A DNA stretch of 63,578 bases, filler included, from a bacterium (GCA_037439705.1; 3 parts of 3 records of this genome joined end to end with filler, not necessarily neighbours in it), one strand, 5' to 3'. Positions 29,238 through 39,864 are shown, counted from the first letter of the whole stretch. Notes: generated by a model not told the origin, from the sequence alone. Translations and numbers: made by a program.

Positions 29238-31323
29238 GGTATCAGTTATTATAGTAACCTATAACAGCGAAAATGACCTTGAAAAGCTTATTCCATCACT
29301 TTTATCTCAAACATATAAAGAAATTGAAATTATTGTGATTGATAATAACTCACAGGACAATTCAATTGACCTCATAAAAAAACATTTCCCAGAGGTGAAA
29401 ATCATCAAAAATTCTCAAAATCTCGGATTTGCTCATGCGGTCAATCAGGGTATAAACCTCTCATCCGGCAAGTTCCTACTTCTTTTAAATCCTGATACCA
29501 TTCTAAAAGAAGATTTTATAGAAAAACTTTTTGAAACCTTAAAAAATCATCCCGAAGCAGGAGGAGTATGTGGAAAACTGCTCAGAGAAGATGGTCAAAA
29601 AATTGATTCATCAGGAATATTTTTTTCGCCGTTTTTAAGGCATTTTGACAGGGGTCAGGGTGATGACCCTGAAAAATATGATAAAGAGGTTTATGTTTTT
29701 GGAGTGAGTGGAGCTGCTGCGCTGTTCAGAAGGGAAATGCTTGAAGATTTAAAAATTGAAGGGGAGTATTTTGATTCATCATTTTTTGCATACAGAGAGG
29801 ATGCAGACCTGTGCTGGAGGGCTCAGCTTCTGGGCTGGAAATTTTTATATGTTCCATCGGCAATCGGGTTTCACCGAAGGAGAGTGTTCCCTGGAAAAAG
29901 AAAGGATTTACCGCCATTTATAAACATGCATTCAGTAAAGAATAGATTTTTGATGAGGATAAAAAATCAAACAATTCCTTTATTTCTTACCATTCTCTTC
30001 CCATCACTTATAAGGGATATAGGAATTATCATATACCTCCTTCTGTTTGAAAGAACCTCCCTTAAGGCATTCAGAGAGATTTTTTCACTCATTCCGCGAG
30101 CGCTCAGATGGAGGAGGGAAATAATGAAAAAGAAAAGGGTGAATTTCTTTAAACTCCTTCCGTGGTTTTTATGGAAAATGGAGGAAAGGACATATCTCAA
30201 AATCGCCTTTATGGGAACAAGAGGAGTTCCGGCTGGTTACAGTGGATTTGAGACTTTTGTTGAACAAACCGGAAAAAGACTTTCAAAATCTCATAAGGTT
30301 TTCGTTTACAACAGAAGCCATCACATAAAAATGAGGGGCGAATACCTTGGAATGAAATTGATAAAACTTCCAACAATCCCACTTAAACACACAGATACAA
30401 TAGTTCACACATTCCTTTCGGTTCTTCACGGAGCATTTATGGGTTATGACATAGTTTATATATGCGGTGTTGGAAATAGCATCCTTTCGTTTGTCCCAAA
30501 AATTTACGGAGCAAAAACAGTTCTGAATGTGGACGGAAAGGACTGGACGAGAGAAAAATGGGGAAAATTTGCAAGGTGGTTTCTTAAAATGAGTGAAAGA
30601 ATAGCAACTCTTTTTCCTGATGTGGTGATTGCGGACTCAAAGGCAGTTGAAAATTATTACCTCACAGCATACCGCAAAAAAACCGTTATGATTCCTTATG
30701 GAGCGGAGATGAGATATGTTCCTCCTTCAAAATGCCTTAAAAAATTTGAACTTGAGCCGAGAAAATACATACTTTTTGTGGGAAGATTGGTGCCAGAAAA
30801 TGGAGCCCACCTTCTTATTGAGGCATACAAAAAAATAAAGACCACTTCTTTTCCCCTTGTTATAGTTGGCGATGCACCTTACATGGAAAAATACAAGAAG
30901 GAATTGAAAAAAATGGCAGGAGAAATACCTCCACCCAAAAAGGTGGTTTTTACTGGCTTCCTTGTAGGAGATGACTATATGGAAATCTCAAACCATCCCT
31001 ACATATATGTCCTTGCATCAGGAGTTGGAGGAACCCATCCCGTTCTAGTTGAACAGATGAAAGCAGGGAATTGTGTGCTTGTGAATTCCATAAATCCTGC
31101 TAATATAGAGGTTGTGGAGGACGCCGGATTTTATTTTGACGGTGAGAAAGGCGCAGAGGAATTAAAAGAAAAAATTGATTTCCTTCTTCAAAATCCAGAA
31201 ATTGTTGAAAAATACAGAGAGCAGGCAAGAAAGAGAGCAGAAGAGGTTTACAACTGGGAGAAAATCGTAGAAAAGTACGAAGAATTGTTTCTAATTCTGA
31301 GAGCCGGGAGGAAATTTCACTGA
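29224..31323 (+). CDS. Fused GT2 + GT4 glycosyltransferase
   Basis: N-term VSVIIVTYN, IDNNSQD, LLNPD, EDADL; C-term MGTRGVPAGYSGFE, FVGRLVPENG, GGTHP. Confidence 0.88.
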   Translation: MNPNKVSVIIVTYNSENDLEKLIPSLLSQTYKEIEIIVIDNNSQDNSIDLIKKHFPEVKIIKNSQNLGFAHAVNQGINLSSGKFLLLLNPDTILKEDFIEKLFETLKNHPEAGGVCGKLLREDGQKIDSSGIFFSPFLRHFDRGQGDDPEKYDKEVYVFGVSGAAALFRREMLEDLKIEGEYFDSSFFAYREDADLCWRAQLLGWKFLYVPSAIGFHRRRVFPGKRKDLPPFINMHSVKNRFLMRIKNQTIPLFLTILFPSLIRDIGIIIYLLLFERTSLKAFREIFSLIPRALRWRREIMKKKRVNFFKLLPWFLWKMEERTYLKIAFMGTRGVPAGYSGFETFVEQTGKRLSKSHKVFVYNRSHHIKMRGEYLGMKLIKLPTIPLKHTDTIVHTFLSVLHGAFMGYDIVYICGVGNSILSFVPKIYGAKTVLNVDGKDWTREKWGKFARWFLKMSERIATLFPDVVIADSKAVENYYLTAYRKKTVMIPYGAEMRYVPPSKCLKKFELEPRKYILFVGRLVPENGAHLLIEAYKKIKTTSFPLVIVGDAPYMEKYKKELKKMAGEIPPPKKVVFTGFLVGDDYMEISNHPYIYVLASGVGGTHPVLVEQMKAGNCVLVNSINPANIEVVEDAGFYFDGEKGAEELKEKIDFLLQNPEIVEKYREQARKRAEEVYNWEKIVEKYEELFLILRAGRKFH

Positions 31324-32306
31324 TGGATTATAAAAAAAAGATATACACCCTTTTATCTCTCCTTTTTCTTTTAATAGCAATTGGAACTATCGGGTATACG
31401 CTCATTGAAGGATGGAATGTTCTTGATTCTCTATATATGGTAATAATTACACTTGCCACAGTTGGATACAGAGAAGTGGGGGAGCTCTCACCTGCGGGAA
31501 AGGTTTATACAATGCTTCTCATCCTTGCTGGTTCAGGACTTTTAGCTTACAGCATAACGAATTTGAGTTTACTTTTCGTTGAAGGAAAAATAATAGAAAT
31601 TTTAAGGAGCAGAAGAATGAAAAAGGAACTGGAAAAACTTGAGAACCATTACATAGTTTGTGGTGCTGGAAGAACAGGCATCCACATAATAGAAGAACTA
31701 AAAAAATTGAAGTACAAAGTGGTCGTGATTGACATTTCTCCTCCATCAATGGAGGATGTTTACTGGCTCCAGAAAGATGCTACACATGATGCTACCCTCC
31801 TTGAAGCAGGAATAATGAGAGCAGAAGGATTAGCCTCCGCTTTACCATCAGATAAAGAGAATCTTTTTGTGGTTCTAACAGCGAGAAGTTTAAATCCTTC
31901 AATAAGAATTGTTACAAAATGCGTAGACGATTATAATGAAACAAAAATGAGAAGGGCTGGAGCAAACGCGGTTGTTTCTCCAAACAAAATAGGAGGATTA
32001 AGAATTGCTTCCGAGCTTTCACGCCCAACAGTTGTCTCATTTCTTGACAAAATGTTAAGAGCAGGAGATGCAACATTAAGGGTTGAAGAGGCAAAGGTCC
32101 TGGGGCGCTCATCTTATGTTGGAAAAAAGGTAGAGGTTATAAAGAAGGAAATAGAAAAGAACTTATCCCTCCTACTTGTTGCCATTTCAAGGGGAGGAGA
32201 ATATATATTCAATCCACCATCGGAAATGAAAATAAAAGATGATGATGTTCTTATCGTAATGGGTAACATAGATTCTGTAAATGAGCTCAGAAAACTCCTT
32301 TCTTAA
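31323..32306 (+). CDS. Potassium channel protein with RCK (TrkA-N/C) domains
   Basis: Two TMs with TLATVGYRE pore loop, HYIVCGAGRTG, C-terminal TrkA-C. Confidence 0.9.
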   Translation: MDYKKKIYTLLSLLFLLIAIGTIGYTLIEGWNVLDSLYMVIITLATVGYREVGELSPAGKVYTMLLILAGSGLLAYSITNLSLLFVEGKIIEILRSRRMKKELEKLENHYIVCGAGRTGIHIIEELKKLKYKVVVIDISPPSMEDVYWLQKDATHDATLLEAGIMRAEGLASALPSDKENLFVVLTARSLNPSIRIVTKCVDDYNETKMRRAGANAVVSPNKIGGLRIASELSRPTVVSFLDKMLRAGDATLRVEEAKVLGRSSYVGKKVEVIKKEIEKNLSLLLVAISRGGEYIFNPPSEMKIKDDDVLIVMGNIDSVNELRKLLS

Positions 32307-32559
32307 AAATTGAAAAAATGGGCATATTTCCTTCATTAGGGAATTCGAAAGTGGGTGAAAATATATACATATGCAAGAGAAAGATTTACAAAGTTTTATA
32401 AAGTAATTTTACAAAGGAAAATTTCAGATGATATAGAAATATCCCAACGATTCACAGTTTAAAACCTCTGTATCGTCCCTTCTAAAATTGTAAAATCTCG
32501 TGAATATATAATCTGGACATTCGGTTGATTTTTTTAAAAAAATTGTTAAAATAAAATCT

Positions 32560-33162
32560 ATGGTGTTGAATTCTAATGTTCTCGTATTAAACAAACTATT
32601 TGTTCCTGTTCATATAACAACAGTAAAAAGGGCATTGTGTCTTCTTTATGCAGGAATTGCCCGTGCTATGGATAAAAATTTCAGACTCTTTGATTTTAAA
32701 AGCTGGTCTGAATTATCCGTAGAAGTCGGTGAAGAAGGCATTAGAACAGTGGATAAAATAATAAAGGTACCGAGGGTAATTGTTCTTATAACTTATGACA
32801 GGCTCCCGAGAAGACATGTTAGGTTCTCCCGGTACAATATCTATTTAAGAGACAGAAACATATGTCAGTACTGCGGCAAAGTTCTATCAAAAGAAGACCT
32901 CAATATAGACCATGTAATACCAAGGTCAAGAGGTGGAAAGACAACCTGGACAAATGTTGTATTGAGCTGTATTGAGTGTAACAGAAAAAAAGGAGGAAGA
33001 CTTCCAGAAGAGGCAGGTATGCAATTGATAAGAAAACCACAGAAACCAAGATGGTCGCCCATCTATATGCTAAAAGCAGAAAATTTAAAATATGAGGAAT
33101 GGGCACCTTTCTTCAACCTTGTTGATGCTGCTTATTGGAATACAGAGCTTGATAATGACTGA
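32560..33162 (+). CDS. HNH endonuclease (McrA-like)
   Basis: CQYCG, IDHVIPRSRGG, NVVLSCIECNRKK. Confidence 0.92.
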   Translation: MVLNSNVLVLNKLFVPVHITTVKRALCLLYAGIARAMDKNFRLFDFKSWSELSVEVGEEGIRTVDKIIKVPRVIVLITYDRLPRRHVRFSRYNIYLRDRNICQYCGKVLSKEDLNIDHVIPRSRGGKTTWTNVVLSCIECNRKKGGRLPEEAGMQLIRKPQKPRWSPIYMLKAENLKYEEWAPFFNLVDAAYWNTELDND

Positions 33163-34083
33163 CAAAAGGGAAAATCCCATTACCTTAGCAATAGGCGGGG
33201 GAAAGGGAGGGGTCGGAAAAACATTTATAGCAGTTGCGCTTGGAATTTATGCTGCTGAAAAGGGNNNNNNNNNNAGTGATTAAAAACAATTCTGGTTGAC
33301 ATGGATTTTGTGGGTGGTAATCTTCTCACTTTTCTCGGAATGAAACCGATAAACGATTCTCTGGACGAATTTTTTAGTGGAGCGGAAAAGTCAGTTGATA
33401 AATTCATAAAGGAAACAGGTATCCCAAATTTATATTCCATACCTGGAATAAGAAAGTTATACAAAAGCATGAGTCTGAACAGCGGATTACGAGAAAAATT
33501 TATCAAACAGATTCGTTATTTACCGTTTGACCTTGTTATAATAGACCTTGGAGCGGGCACCCACCTTTTTACCCTTGACATTTTTTCATCCGCCAATAGA
33601 GGATTAGTTGTTGTCACGCCAGATGCAGCATCTGTTGAAAACGCCCTCAGGTTTTTAAAATGTGCTTTTTATAGAAAGGTTGAGAGATTGTGGAGAAAGT
33701 ATAAAATCCATTTCACTGATGAAGAAATAAGCATAACCAATTTTAGATATCCAGCAGAAATAATAAGGTATCTTCTTTTATATCCAAACGAAGAATGCAC
33801 AAAAATAGTTGAGGAAATATCGGAAACTAAATGGGATGTTATTGTTAACTTCGTGAGAGATGAAAAGGATTTGGTAGTTGGAGACATTGTGAAAAAGCAG
33901 GCAAAGCTTGGACTTGGAGTAGAAATGAAATGCATCGGTTCCGTAGTCTACATTGAGGGTTTAAAACCAATTTTCAACGGCGGAGAGCCATTGCCCAAAA
34001 AAGTTCATCCTACAATTTTATTCAGGGCCTTTCACGAGTTCATTGAGAACCTAAAACCATCCAATGAGGGAATGGTTCTTTAA
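33155..34083 (+). CDS. MinD/FlhG-family P-loop ATPase (split by N gap 33265-33274)
   Basis: GGGKGGVGKT deviant Walker A, IIDLGAGT, VVTPD. Confidence 0.85.
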
Positions 34084-34603
34084 AAACTACTACAGTCTTT
34101 TAAACCTTGACCCAGAAGCAACAAAAGAAGAGGTAGAATCTGCTTTTAAGTCCTATTTAAAAATAATAGAGGGAGAAGGTGAATTTGGACCAACAATGGA
34201 GGAAGGAGAAAAAGAAATGTTCTTGAAATTTCTTAAAGAAGCCTACGAAATTCTCACCGATGAAAAGGCTCGTTTCTTTTATGATACATATCTTATATGG
34301 AAAAAGGAAGCCTTCATAAAGTTTGAAGAAAAAAAAGAAATCAAAAAAATTTCTGATGAAATATCTGGTAGATTTTTAAAAGAAGAAAGAGAAAGGATGA
34401 AAATGAGCCAAAAAGAATTTTCATTAAAATCCTGCATAACTTTAAAAATAATAAATGCTATTGAAGAGGAAAATATAGAGCTATTACCCCCTCTACCCTA
34501 TCTTAAGGGCATCCTTAAAGAGTATGCGAGGGCGCTTTCCCTTCCAGTAGAAACGGTAGTAGAGGGATATATCAAAAGAATAAATGAAAAAAAGAAGCCC
34601 TGA
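34064..34603 (+). CDS. J-like domain (no HPD) fused to RodZ-type HTH
   Basis: YYSLLNL...EAYEILTD..R..YD; SGRFLKEERE...AIEEEN..LLP..YLKGILKEYA. Confidence 0.75.
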   Translation: MREWFFKNYYSLLNLDPEATKEEVESAFKSYLKIIEGEGEFGPTMEEGEKEMFLKFLKEAYEILTDEKARFFYDTYLIWKKEAFIKFEEKKEIKKISDEISGRFLKEERERMKMSQKEFSLKSCITLKIINAIEEENIELLPPLPYLKGILKEYARALSLPVETVVEGYIKRINEKKKP

Positions 34604-35519
34604 AAAAATTTTAAAAAATATAAAACTTGGTTTGGCACTGGGAGGTGGAGCAATAAGAGGAGCTGCTCATCTCGGAATTCTCAGTGTCTTTGAGGAAGAG
34701 GGAATTAAAATAACAAAAATTGCTGGAACAAGTGCTGGAGCAATTGTGGGAGGAAATTATGCAAGTAATCCCTCCGCAAAAGAGATTTTTAAAAAATTGA
34801 GCGTAAGCATATATAAACTGGCAAATGAAAAGGAAAAATTCAGTTTTCTTTTAAGAACCGAAGATTCTGTACCTTTTACAAAGAAACTAAAAGATGCTGT
34901 GTTGAAAGGAATTTTCTATGGAACTGCTATAACAAAAGGAGCGGTTGTGAAAACTGAAGAGTACGAACTTATTATGGAAGAGTTGATAGAAGACAGTGAG
35001 ATAGAATCTCTTGAAATTCCATTTATTACAACTGCTGTTGATGTAAAAAGCGGAAAGGGAGTTTACATAAAAAGTGGTTCTTTAAAAAAGGCTGTAATGG
35101 CAAGTTCTGCCATTCCAGGAATTTTTCCGCCTGTGGAAATAAACGGGATGTTGCTCGTAGATGGAGGGTGGCTATATCCTGTTCCAATAATTCCTCTCCT
35201 TAAAGAAAAACTGGATATTATAATAGCAGTGGACATCTCTCCAAAAATAAAAGAAGAAGCGGAATTTTCTACGGGAATAAATATCATTATGAGAACAAAT
35301 TTTATAACAAGGGAATACCTAAAAAAAATGCAGTTGAAATATGCAGACATAATCATAACACCTGATATAGGAAATGTTCATCCGGGAGATGTATCAAAAT
35401 TTGAATTTTGTTACACAAAGGGCGTGGAGGCGGCGAGATTATCCATTCCTAAAATTTTAGAAGTGGCTGAGAGAAAGAAAAAAACGAGAGATGATGGAGA
35501 AAAGGAAATTCCTTTTTGA
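34584..35519 (+). CDS. Patatin-like phospholipase
   Basis: LGGGAIRG, GTSAG, DGG. Confidence 0.92.
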   Translation: MKKRSPEKILKNIKLGLALGGGAIRGAAHLGILSVFEEEGIKITKIAGTSAGAIVGGNYASNPSAKEIFKKLSVSIYKLANEKEKFSFLLRTEDSVPFTKKLKDAVLKGIFYGTAITKGAVVKTEEYELIMEELIEDSEIESLEIPFITTAVDVKSGKGVYIKSGSLKKAVMASSAIPGIFPPVEINGMLLVDGGWLYPVPIIPLLKEKLDIIIAVDISPKIKEEAEFSTGINIIMRTNFITREYLKKMQLKYADIIITPDIGNVHPGDVSKFEFCYTKGVEAARLSIPKILEVAERKKKTRDDGEKEIPF

Positions 35520-36459
35520 TGGAGAAAGGGAAAGACTTGATATATTTTTAAGAGACAAAAACCCTGACCTCACAAGAAGTCAAATCAAACTTCTTATTGA
35601 TGCAGGATTTGTTTTCTTTAACTCGAAAATTGCAGAAAAAGGAGTTATTTTTCTAAAAAAGGGGGATGTAATAGAAATAGAAATCAATGAGGAGGCAAGG
35701 GAGGAGTTGAAGGTGGAACCGCAGGACATTGAGGTTCCCATAATTTATGAAGATCAAGACATTGTTGTCGTAAACAAGCCAGCTGGAATGACTGTTCACC
35801 CTGCCATAGGACACAGAAAAGATACCCTCGCTAATGCCCTCGCTTACAGATACAAAGAAATCCTAAAAATGGATAAGGTAAGACCGGGAATAGTTCACAG
35901 GCTTGACAGAGAGGTATCAGGTGTAATGGTGGTAGCAAGAAATTACAGGGCAAGAAATCATTTAGCAGAACAGTTCAAAAACAAATCGGCCAAAAAAACA
36001 TACATTGCCTGTTCCGTAACTGGAACTGACAATTTACCCAAAGTAGGAATTATAAACAAAAATATAACAAGACATCCAACAAACAGAATAAAAATGTGCA
36101 TTGCTGAAAATGAAGGAAAAGAGGCAATAACAAACTGGAAAATTCTGAAAAGAAAAGAGAAATATCTTGTTCTGCTTGTGAATCCACTGACCGGAAGGAC
36201 CCATCAAATAAGGGTCCATCTTTCAAGCGAAAAAATGCCTGTAATAGGCGATGCTCTTTATGGTGGTGCTAAAATTTTAAAAGATGACAAAGGATTTTCA
36301 GAAATTATGAATGGATATGGTGGAATTCTCCTTCACTCCTATTCCCTTTCATTTATACACCCAACTACTCTGAAGGAAATGACCTTCAAAGTTGAACCCC
36401 CTCCCACATTTCTTGCCGCATGTAAATATCTCTTCGGCGAGGAAATTGAAATTCCTTGA
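35491..36459 (+). CDS. rluD: RluA/RluD-family pseudouridine synthase
   Basis: S4 domain, NKPAG, VHRLDR, TGRTHQIRVH. Confidence 0.9.
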   Translation: MMEKRKFLFDGERERLDIFLRDKNPDLTRSQIKLLIDAGFVFFNSKIAEKGVIFLKKGDVIEIEINEEAREELKVEPQDIEVPIIYEDQDIVVVNKPAGMTVHPAIGHRKDTLANALAYRYKEILKMDKVRPGIVHRLDREVSGVMVVARNYRARNHLAEQFKNKSAKKTYIACSVTGTDNLPKVGIINKNITRHPTNRIKMCIAENEGKEAITNWKILKRKEKYLVLLVNPLTGRTHQIRVHLSSEKMPVIGDALYGGAKILKDDKGFSEIMNGYGGILLHSYSLSFIHPTTLKEMTFKVEPPPTFLAACKYLFGEEIEIP

Positions 36460-37111
36460 ATCATCATTTTTACTTCCTGCAAAGGCTATTTTCTTTTGTG
36501 GCGGGGAACTGAATTTTAACTTCGAAAAAACATCAAACGGATGGGACTACCTTGAAAGGCATTTTAAAATTGACAGAAATTCTGTCCTTCTACCAATTCA
36601 GGAACACACCTCATCCATCGTGTTTGAGGAAGAGCCTTCCCGGGCATCAGATGGCATTTTTACATCTCATAAATGTACAGGAATTCTGACAGCGGACTGT
36701 GTTCCGCTTTTGATGAGAGCGGGGAATAAAGCAGTGGGAGCAGTTCATGCTGGATGGAAAGGACTTAAAGAAGAAATAGTAAGAAAGGCAATAAAAGAGG
36801 CTTCCGATTATTATAAAATTCCTCCTGAAGAAATTTTTGTCTCCATAGGACCATCAGCGGGCATATGCTGTTATGAAGTAAAAGAGGATGTTTTAACCTC
36901 CTTTAAAGAAATGGGATACGAAAGGTTTATTGAAAAAAGGAATCAGAATTTTTATCTTGACCTAAAAGGAATAGCGAAGAATCAGTGCGAGAAAGAGGGA
37001 GTAAATAAAATTGAGGTTATTGATATATGTACTATATGCAATACAAATTTTCACTCTTTTAGAAGAGGGTCAAATGGCAAGATGCTAAATCTCATATTTT
37101 TTAATAAATAG
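36446..37111 (+). CDS. pgeF: YfiH/PgeF laccase-domain protein
   Basis: Q.H, LTADCVP, HAGWKG, IGPS..CCYEV, CT, SFRR; start uncertain. Confidence 0.9.
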   Translation: MKFLESSFLLPAKAIFFCGGELNFNFEKTSNGWDYLERHFKIDRNSVLLPIQEHTSSIVFEEEPSRASDGIFTSHKCTGILTADCVPLLMRAGNKAVGAVHAGWKGLKEEIVRKAIKEASDYYKIPPEEIFVSIGPSAGICCYEVKEDVLTSFKEMGYERFIEKRNQNFYLDLKGIAKNQCEKEGVNKIEVIDICTICNTNFHSFRRGSNGKMLNLIFFNK

Positions 37112-37114
37112 CCT

Positions 37115-37144
37115 TTGACATTATGACCTTTGAAGGTATAAAAT
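37115..37144 (+). promoter_or_regulatory. Sigma70-type promoter, 6 nt before ATG
   Basis: TTGACA-18-TAAAAT-taaaac-ATG. Confidence 0.7.
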
Positions 37145-37150
37145 TAAAAC

Positions 37151-38278
37151 ATGAAAGTTGCTTTCGTTCATGACTGGCTCAATGGAATGAGAGGTGGTGA
37201 AATCGTCCTTGAAACAATGCTAAAGGAATTCCCCTCTGCTCCGATATTTACACTTTTTCACGATAAAGGAAGCGTCTCTGAAGAAATTGAAAAACATCCT
37301 ATATTTACATCATTTCTTCAAAATTTTCCTCTTAGAAAAAAATTCTATAGATTTATGCTCCCATTATTTCCTTATGCTGTTGAAAGTTTTCATCTAAAAG
37401 GATATGAACTCATCATAAGTTCAAGCCATTGCGTAGCAAAAGGAATAATTCCAGAGCCCAATTCCTTCCATATTTCTTATACATTTTCTCCAATGAGATA
37501 TATCTGGGATTTATTTGAAGATTATTTTGGAAACTCAGGGATGATAAAAAAATCAATCATAAACTTTTTTGCAAAGAGTCTCAGAGAATGGGATTATGCC
37601 TCATCATCAAGGGTTGACCTTTTCGTAGCCATTTCTACCTATGTTTCAGAGAGAATAAAAAAATTCTATGAAAGGGATTCTATCATTATACATCCTCCTG
37701 TTTTAACCGATAAATTTGACCTTAAGAAAAATTCTGATGATTTTTATTTTATAGCCAGTGCTTTGGCTCCATATAAAAGAATAGACCTTGCAATAGAAGC
37801 ATTTTCAAAAATGAAAAAAAACCTTGTAATAGTGGGAAGCGGACAGGAAGAGAAAAAGATAAAAAAACTCTCAGAGGGAAAAGAAAACATAAAGTATTTA
37901 GGATGGGTGAATTTTGAAAAGATGAAATCCCTTTTTCAAAACTGCAAAGCGTTCATCTTACCAGGGGTTGAGGACTTCGGAATAGCCCCTGTTGAAGCAA
38001 TGGCATGTGGAAAGCCTGTTATTGCTTATGGGAAAGGAGGAATTCTGGATACAGTAATTCCGTTAGATTCAAAAAACGAAAAACCCACGGGTATATTTTT
38101 CTGCGAACAGACTCCGGAATCCATCATCCAGGCAGTCTTTACATTTGAAAAAAATGTAAGGGAATTTGACCCCCTCATCATAAGAAAGCACTCTGAAAGG
38201 TTTTCCCAACAGGTATTCCTTGAAAAATTTAGAAGTTTAATTGAAGGGGTAAAAAAAGGAATAATAAAAAGGAGGTAA
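37151..38278 (+). CDS. GT4 glycosyltransferase (mannosyltransferase-like)
   Basis: VHDWLNGMRGGE, EDFGIAPVEAMACGKPV. Confidence 0.92.
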   Translation: MKVAFVHDWLNGMRGGEIVLETMLKEFPSAPIFTLFHDKGSVSEEIEKHPIFTSFLQNFPLRKKFYRFMLPLFPYAVESFHLKGYELIISSSHCVAKGIIPEPNSFHISYTFSPMRYIWDLFEDYFGNSGMIKKSIINFFAKSLREWDYASSSRVDLFVAISTYVSERIKKFYERDSIIIHPPVLTDKFDLKKNSDDFYFIASALAPYKRIDLAIEAFSKMKKNLVIVGSGQEEKKIKKLSEGKENIKYLGWVNFEKMKSLFQNCKAFILPGVEDFGIAPVEAMACGKPVIAYGKGGILDTVIPLDSKNEKPTGIFFCEQTPESIIQAVFTFEKNVREFDPLIIRKHSERFSQQVFLEKFRSLIEGVKKGIIKRR

Positions 38279-38280
38279 AA

Positions 38281-39390
38281 ATGAAAGTAAAAGAAGTGAA
38301 TCACAAAAAATGGTTAAAAGCCTATTTCAGGATGTTAAGTAGGATTTACGAAAAGGATGAAAACTTTGTCCACCCCCTGATAATTGAAAGAAAGGAATTT
38401 CTTGACCCTGAAAGAAATCCGTTTTTCAAACATGCTGAATATGAATTTATTGTTGCAGAAGAAAATGGTGAACCGCTCGGCATCATCATCCCCTTTATTG
38501 ACAAGAAATTTAACGAATATCACAATGAAAAAGCATGTCATTTCGGATTTTTTGAATGCGTGAATGAGAAAGATGTAGCCTCCGAACTCTTCCGGAGAGT
38601 CTATGCCTTCGCGGCTGGCAAAGGAATGAAAATCATAAGGGGTCCGTTTAACTTTTCCACGAACCATGAATGCGGTCTCCTCGTCCAGGGATTTGATTCA
38701 CCGCCTGTTGTCCTTATGACCTATAATCCACCATATTACCTTGACCTCATAACCTCACTTGGATACACAAAAGCAAAGGACCTACTCGCTTTCAGAATTG
38801 ACGCAAAGCCAATTCCAGGAGCCCTTATTGAGGTGTGTGAAAACATAAAGAAGGATACAAAAGCTGAAACCAGAAAAATGAGAAAAAAGGATTTTTCAAT
38901 TCTGGTTGACCTTGCTATGGAAATCTACAACGATGCATGGAGTGAAAACTGGGGATTTGTTCCTATGGACAGAGAGGAATTCATATTTGTAGCACGAGGA
39001 TTAAAACTCCTTCTTGATGAAGACCTATGCTTTTTTGTGATAAAAGAGGATAAACCTGTAGGATTTTCAATTACATTGCCCGATTATTATGTCCCTCTCA
39101 AAAAGATGAAAGGAAAACTATTCCCTTTTGGTTTTATAAAATTCCTGCTCAACAAAAAAAAGATCAAAAATGCGAGGATTTTCGCTCTTGGAATAAAAAA
39201 GGAATATCATGACAAAGGATTTGGAGCACTCCTATACCTTGAAACATGGAAGAATCTCCTTGAAAATGGTTATAAATGGGCTGAGATGTCATGGATACTT
39301 GAAGACAATTACAGAATGATAAGAGCAATTGAGATGGCAGGAGGAACTGTTTATAAGGTCTACAGAATTTTTGAAAAAAGTGTAGAATAA
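38281..39390 (+). CDS. GNAT-fold acyltransferase, YghO/bacterial ceramide synthase-like
   Basis: NPFF.H, FGFFEC, GPFNFSTNHECGLLV.GF, YNPPYY, NWGFVP, EMSWILEDN. Confidence 0.8.
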   Translation: MKVKEVNHKKWLKAYFRMLSRIYEKDENFVHPLIIERKEFLDPERNPFFKHAEYEFIVAEENGEPLGIIIPFIDKKFNEYHNEKACHFGFFECVNEKDVASELFRRVYAFAAGKGMKIIRGPFNFSTNHECGLLVQGFDSPPVVLMTYNPPYYLDLITSLGYTKAKDLLAFRIDAKPIPGALIEVCENIKKDTKAETRKMRKKDFSILVDLAMEIYNDAWSENWGFVPMDREEFIFVARGLKLLLDEDLCFFVIKEDKPVGFSITLPDYYVPLKKMKGKLFPFGFIKFLLNKKKIKNARIFALGIKKEYHDKGFGALLYLETWKNLLENGYKWAEMSWILEDNYRMIRAIEMAGGTVYKVYRIFEKSVE

Positions 39391-39414
39391 GTTTTCGTGG
39401 CTTCTCCAGTGTGT

Positions 39415-39864
39415 TTAAAGTTCCATTTCCTGTAGAAAACTTTTTGATACCTCTTTAAGTTTTTCAGAAAAAATTAAAAGCGAATTTTTCAAAACTTTAT
39501 AAGCAATTACAGGATTATTTTCGGCGAATTTCTCAAAATTTTCTACGGGAATGAAAAAAATCTCACAATCCTCCATCGCCTCTGCTGTAAGGAGCCTTGA
39601 AGATGTGCCCCCAAGTGAAAGTTCTCCGAAATGGTCTCCTTCTTTCATAACACAAAACTCAAACACTCCATTCGGCGTTTCAACCTTTAAGACCACCCTG
39701 CCCTTCTTTATGATAACAACCGAATCGGAGGGTTCCTTTTCCTTAAAAATTATTTCACCTTTCTTAAACTTTTTGAGAAGGACAATTTCGGAAAGCTTTT
39801 TTAACTCTTCATCCTGTAATCCTCTTCCAAGTTTAGAATGTTTAATGTATAATATCACTGACAT
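39415..39864 (-). CDS. Cyclic nucleotide-binding domain protein (no HTH)
   Basis: GEIIFKE, GDHFGELSL, RLLTAEA. Confidence 0.85.
   Translation of the reverse strand: MSVILYIKHSKLGRGLQDEELKKLSEIVLLKKFKKGEIIFKEKEPSDSVVIIKKGRVVLKVETPNGVFEFCVMKEGDHFGELSLGGTSSRLLTAEAMEDCEIFFIPVENFEKFAENNPVIAYKVLKNSLLIFSEKLKEVSKSFLQEMEL

Noticed and set aside
31455-31480. Non-canonical K+ filter TVGYRE
   Set aside because: GYR/GFR variants are, to my knowledge, common in this RCK-channel family
32307-32524. Intergenic stretch with coding-like look on the minus strand (similar at 58100-58310)
   Set aside because: Short interrupted frames with no recognisable motif; cannot be supported
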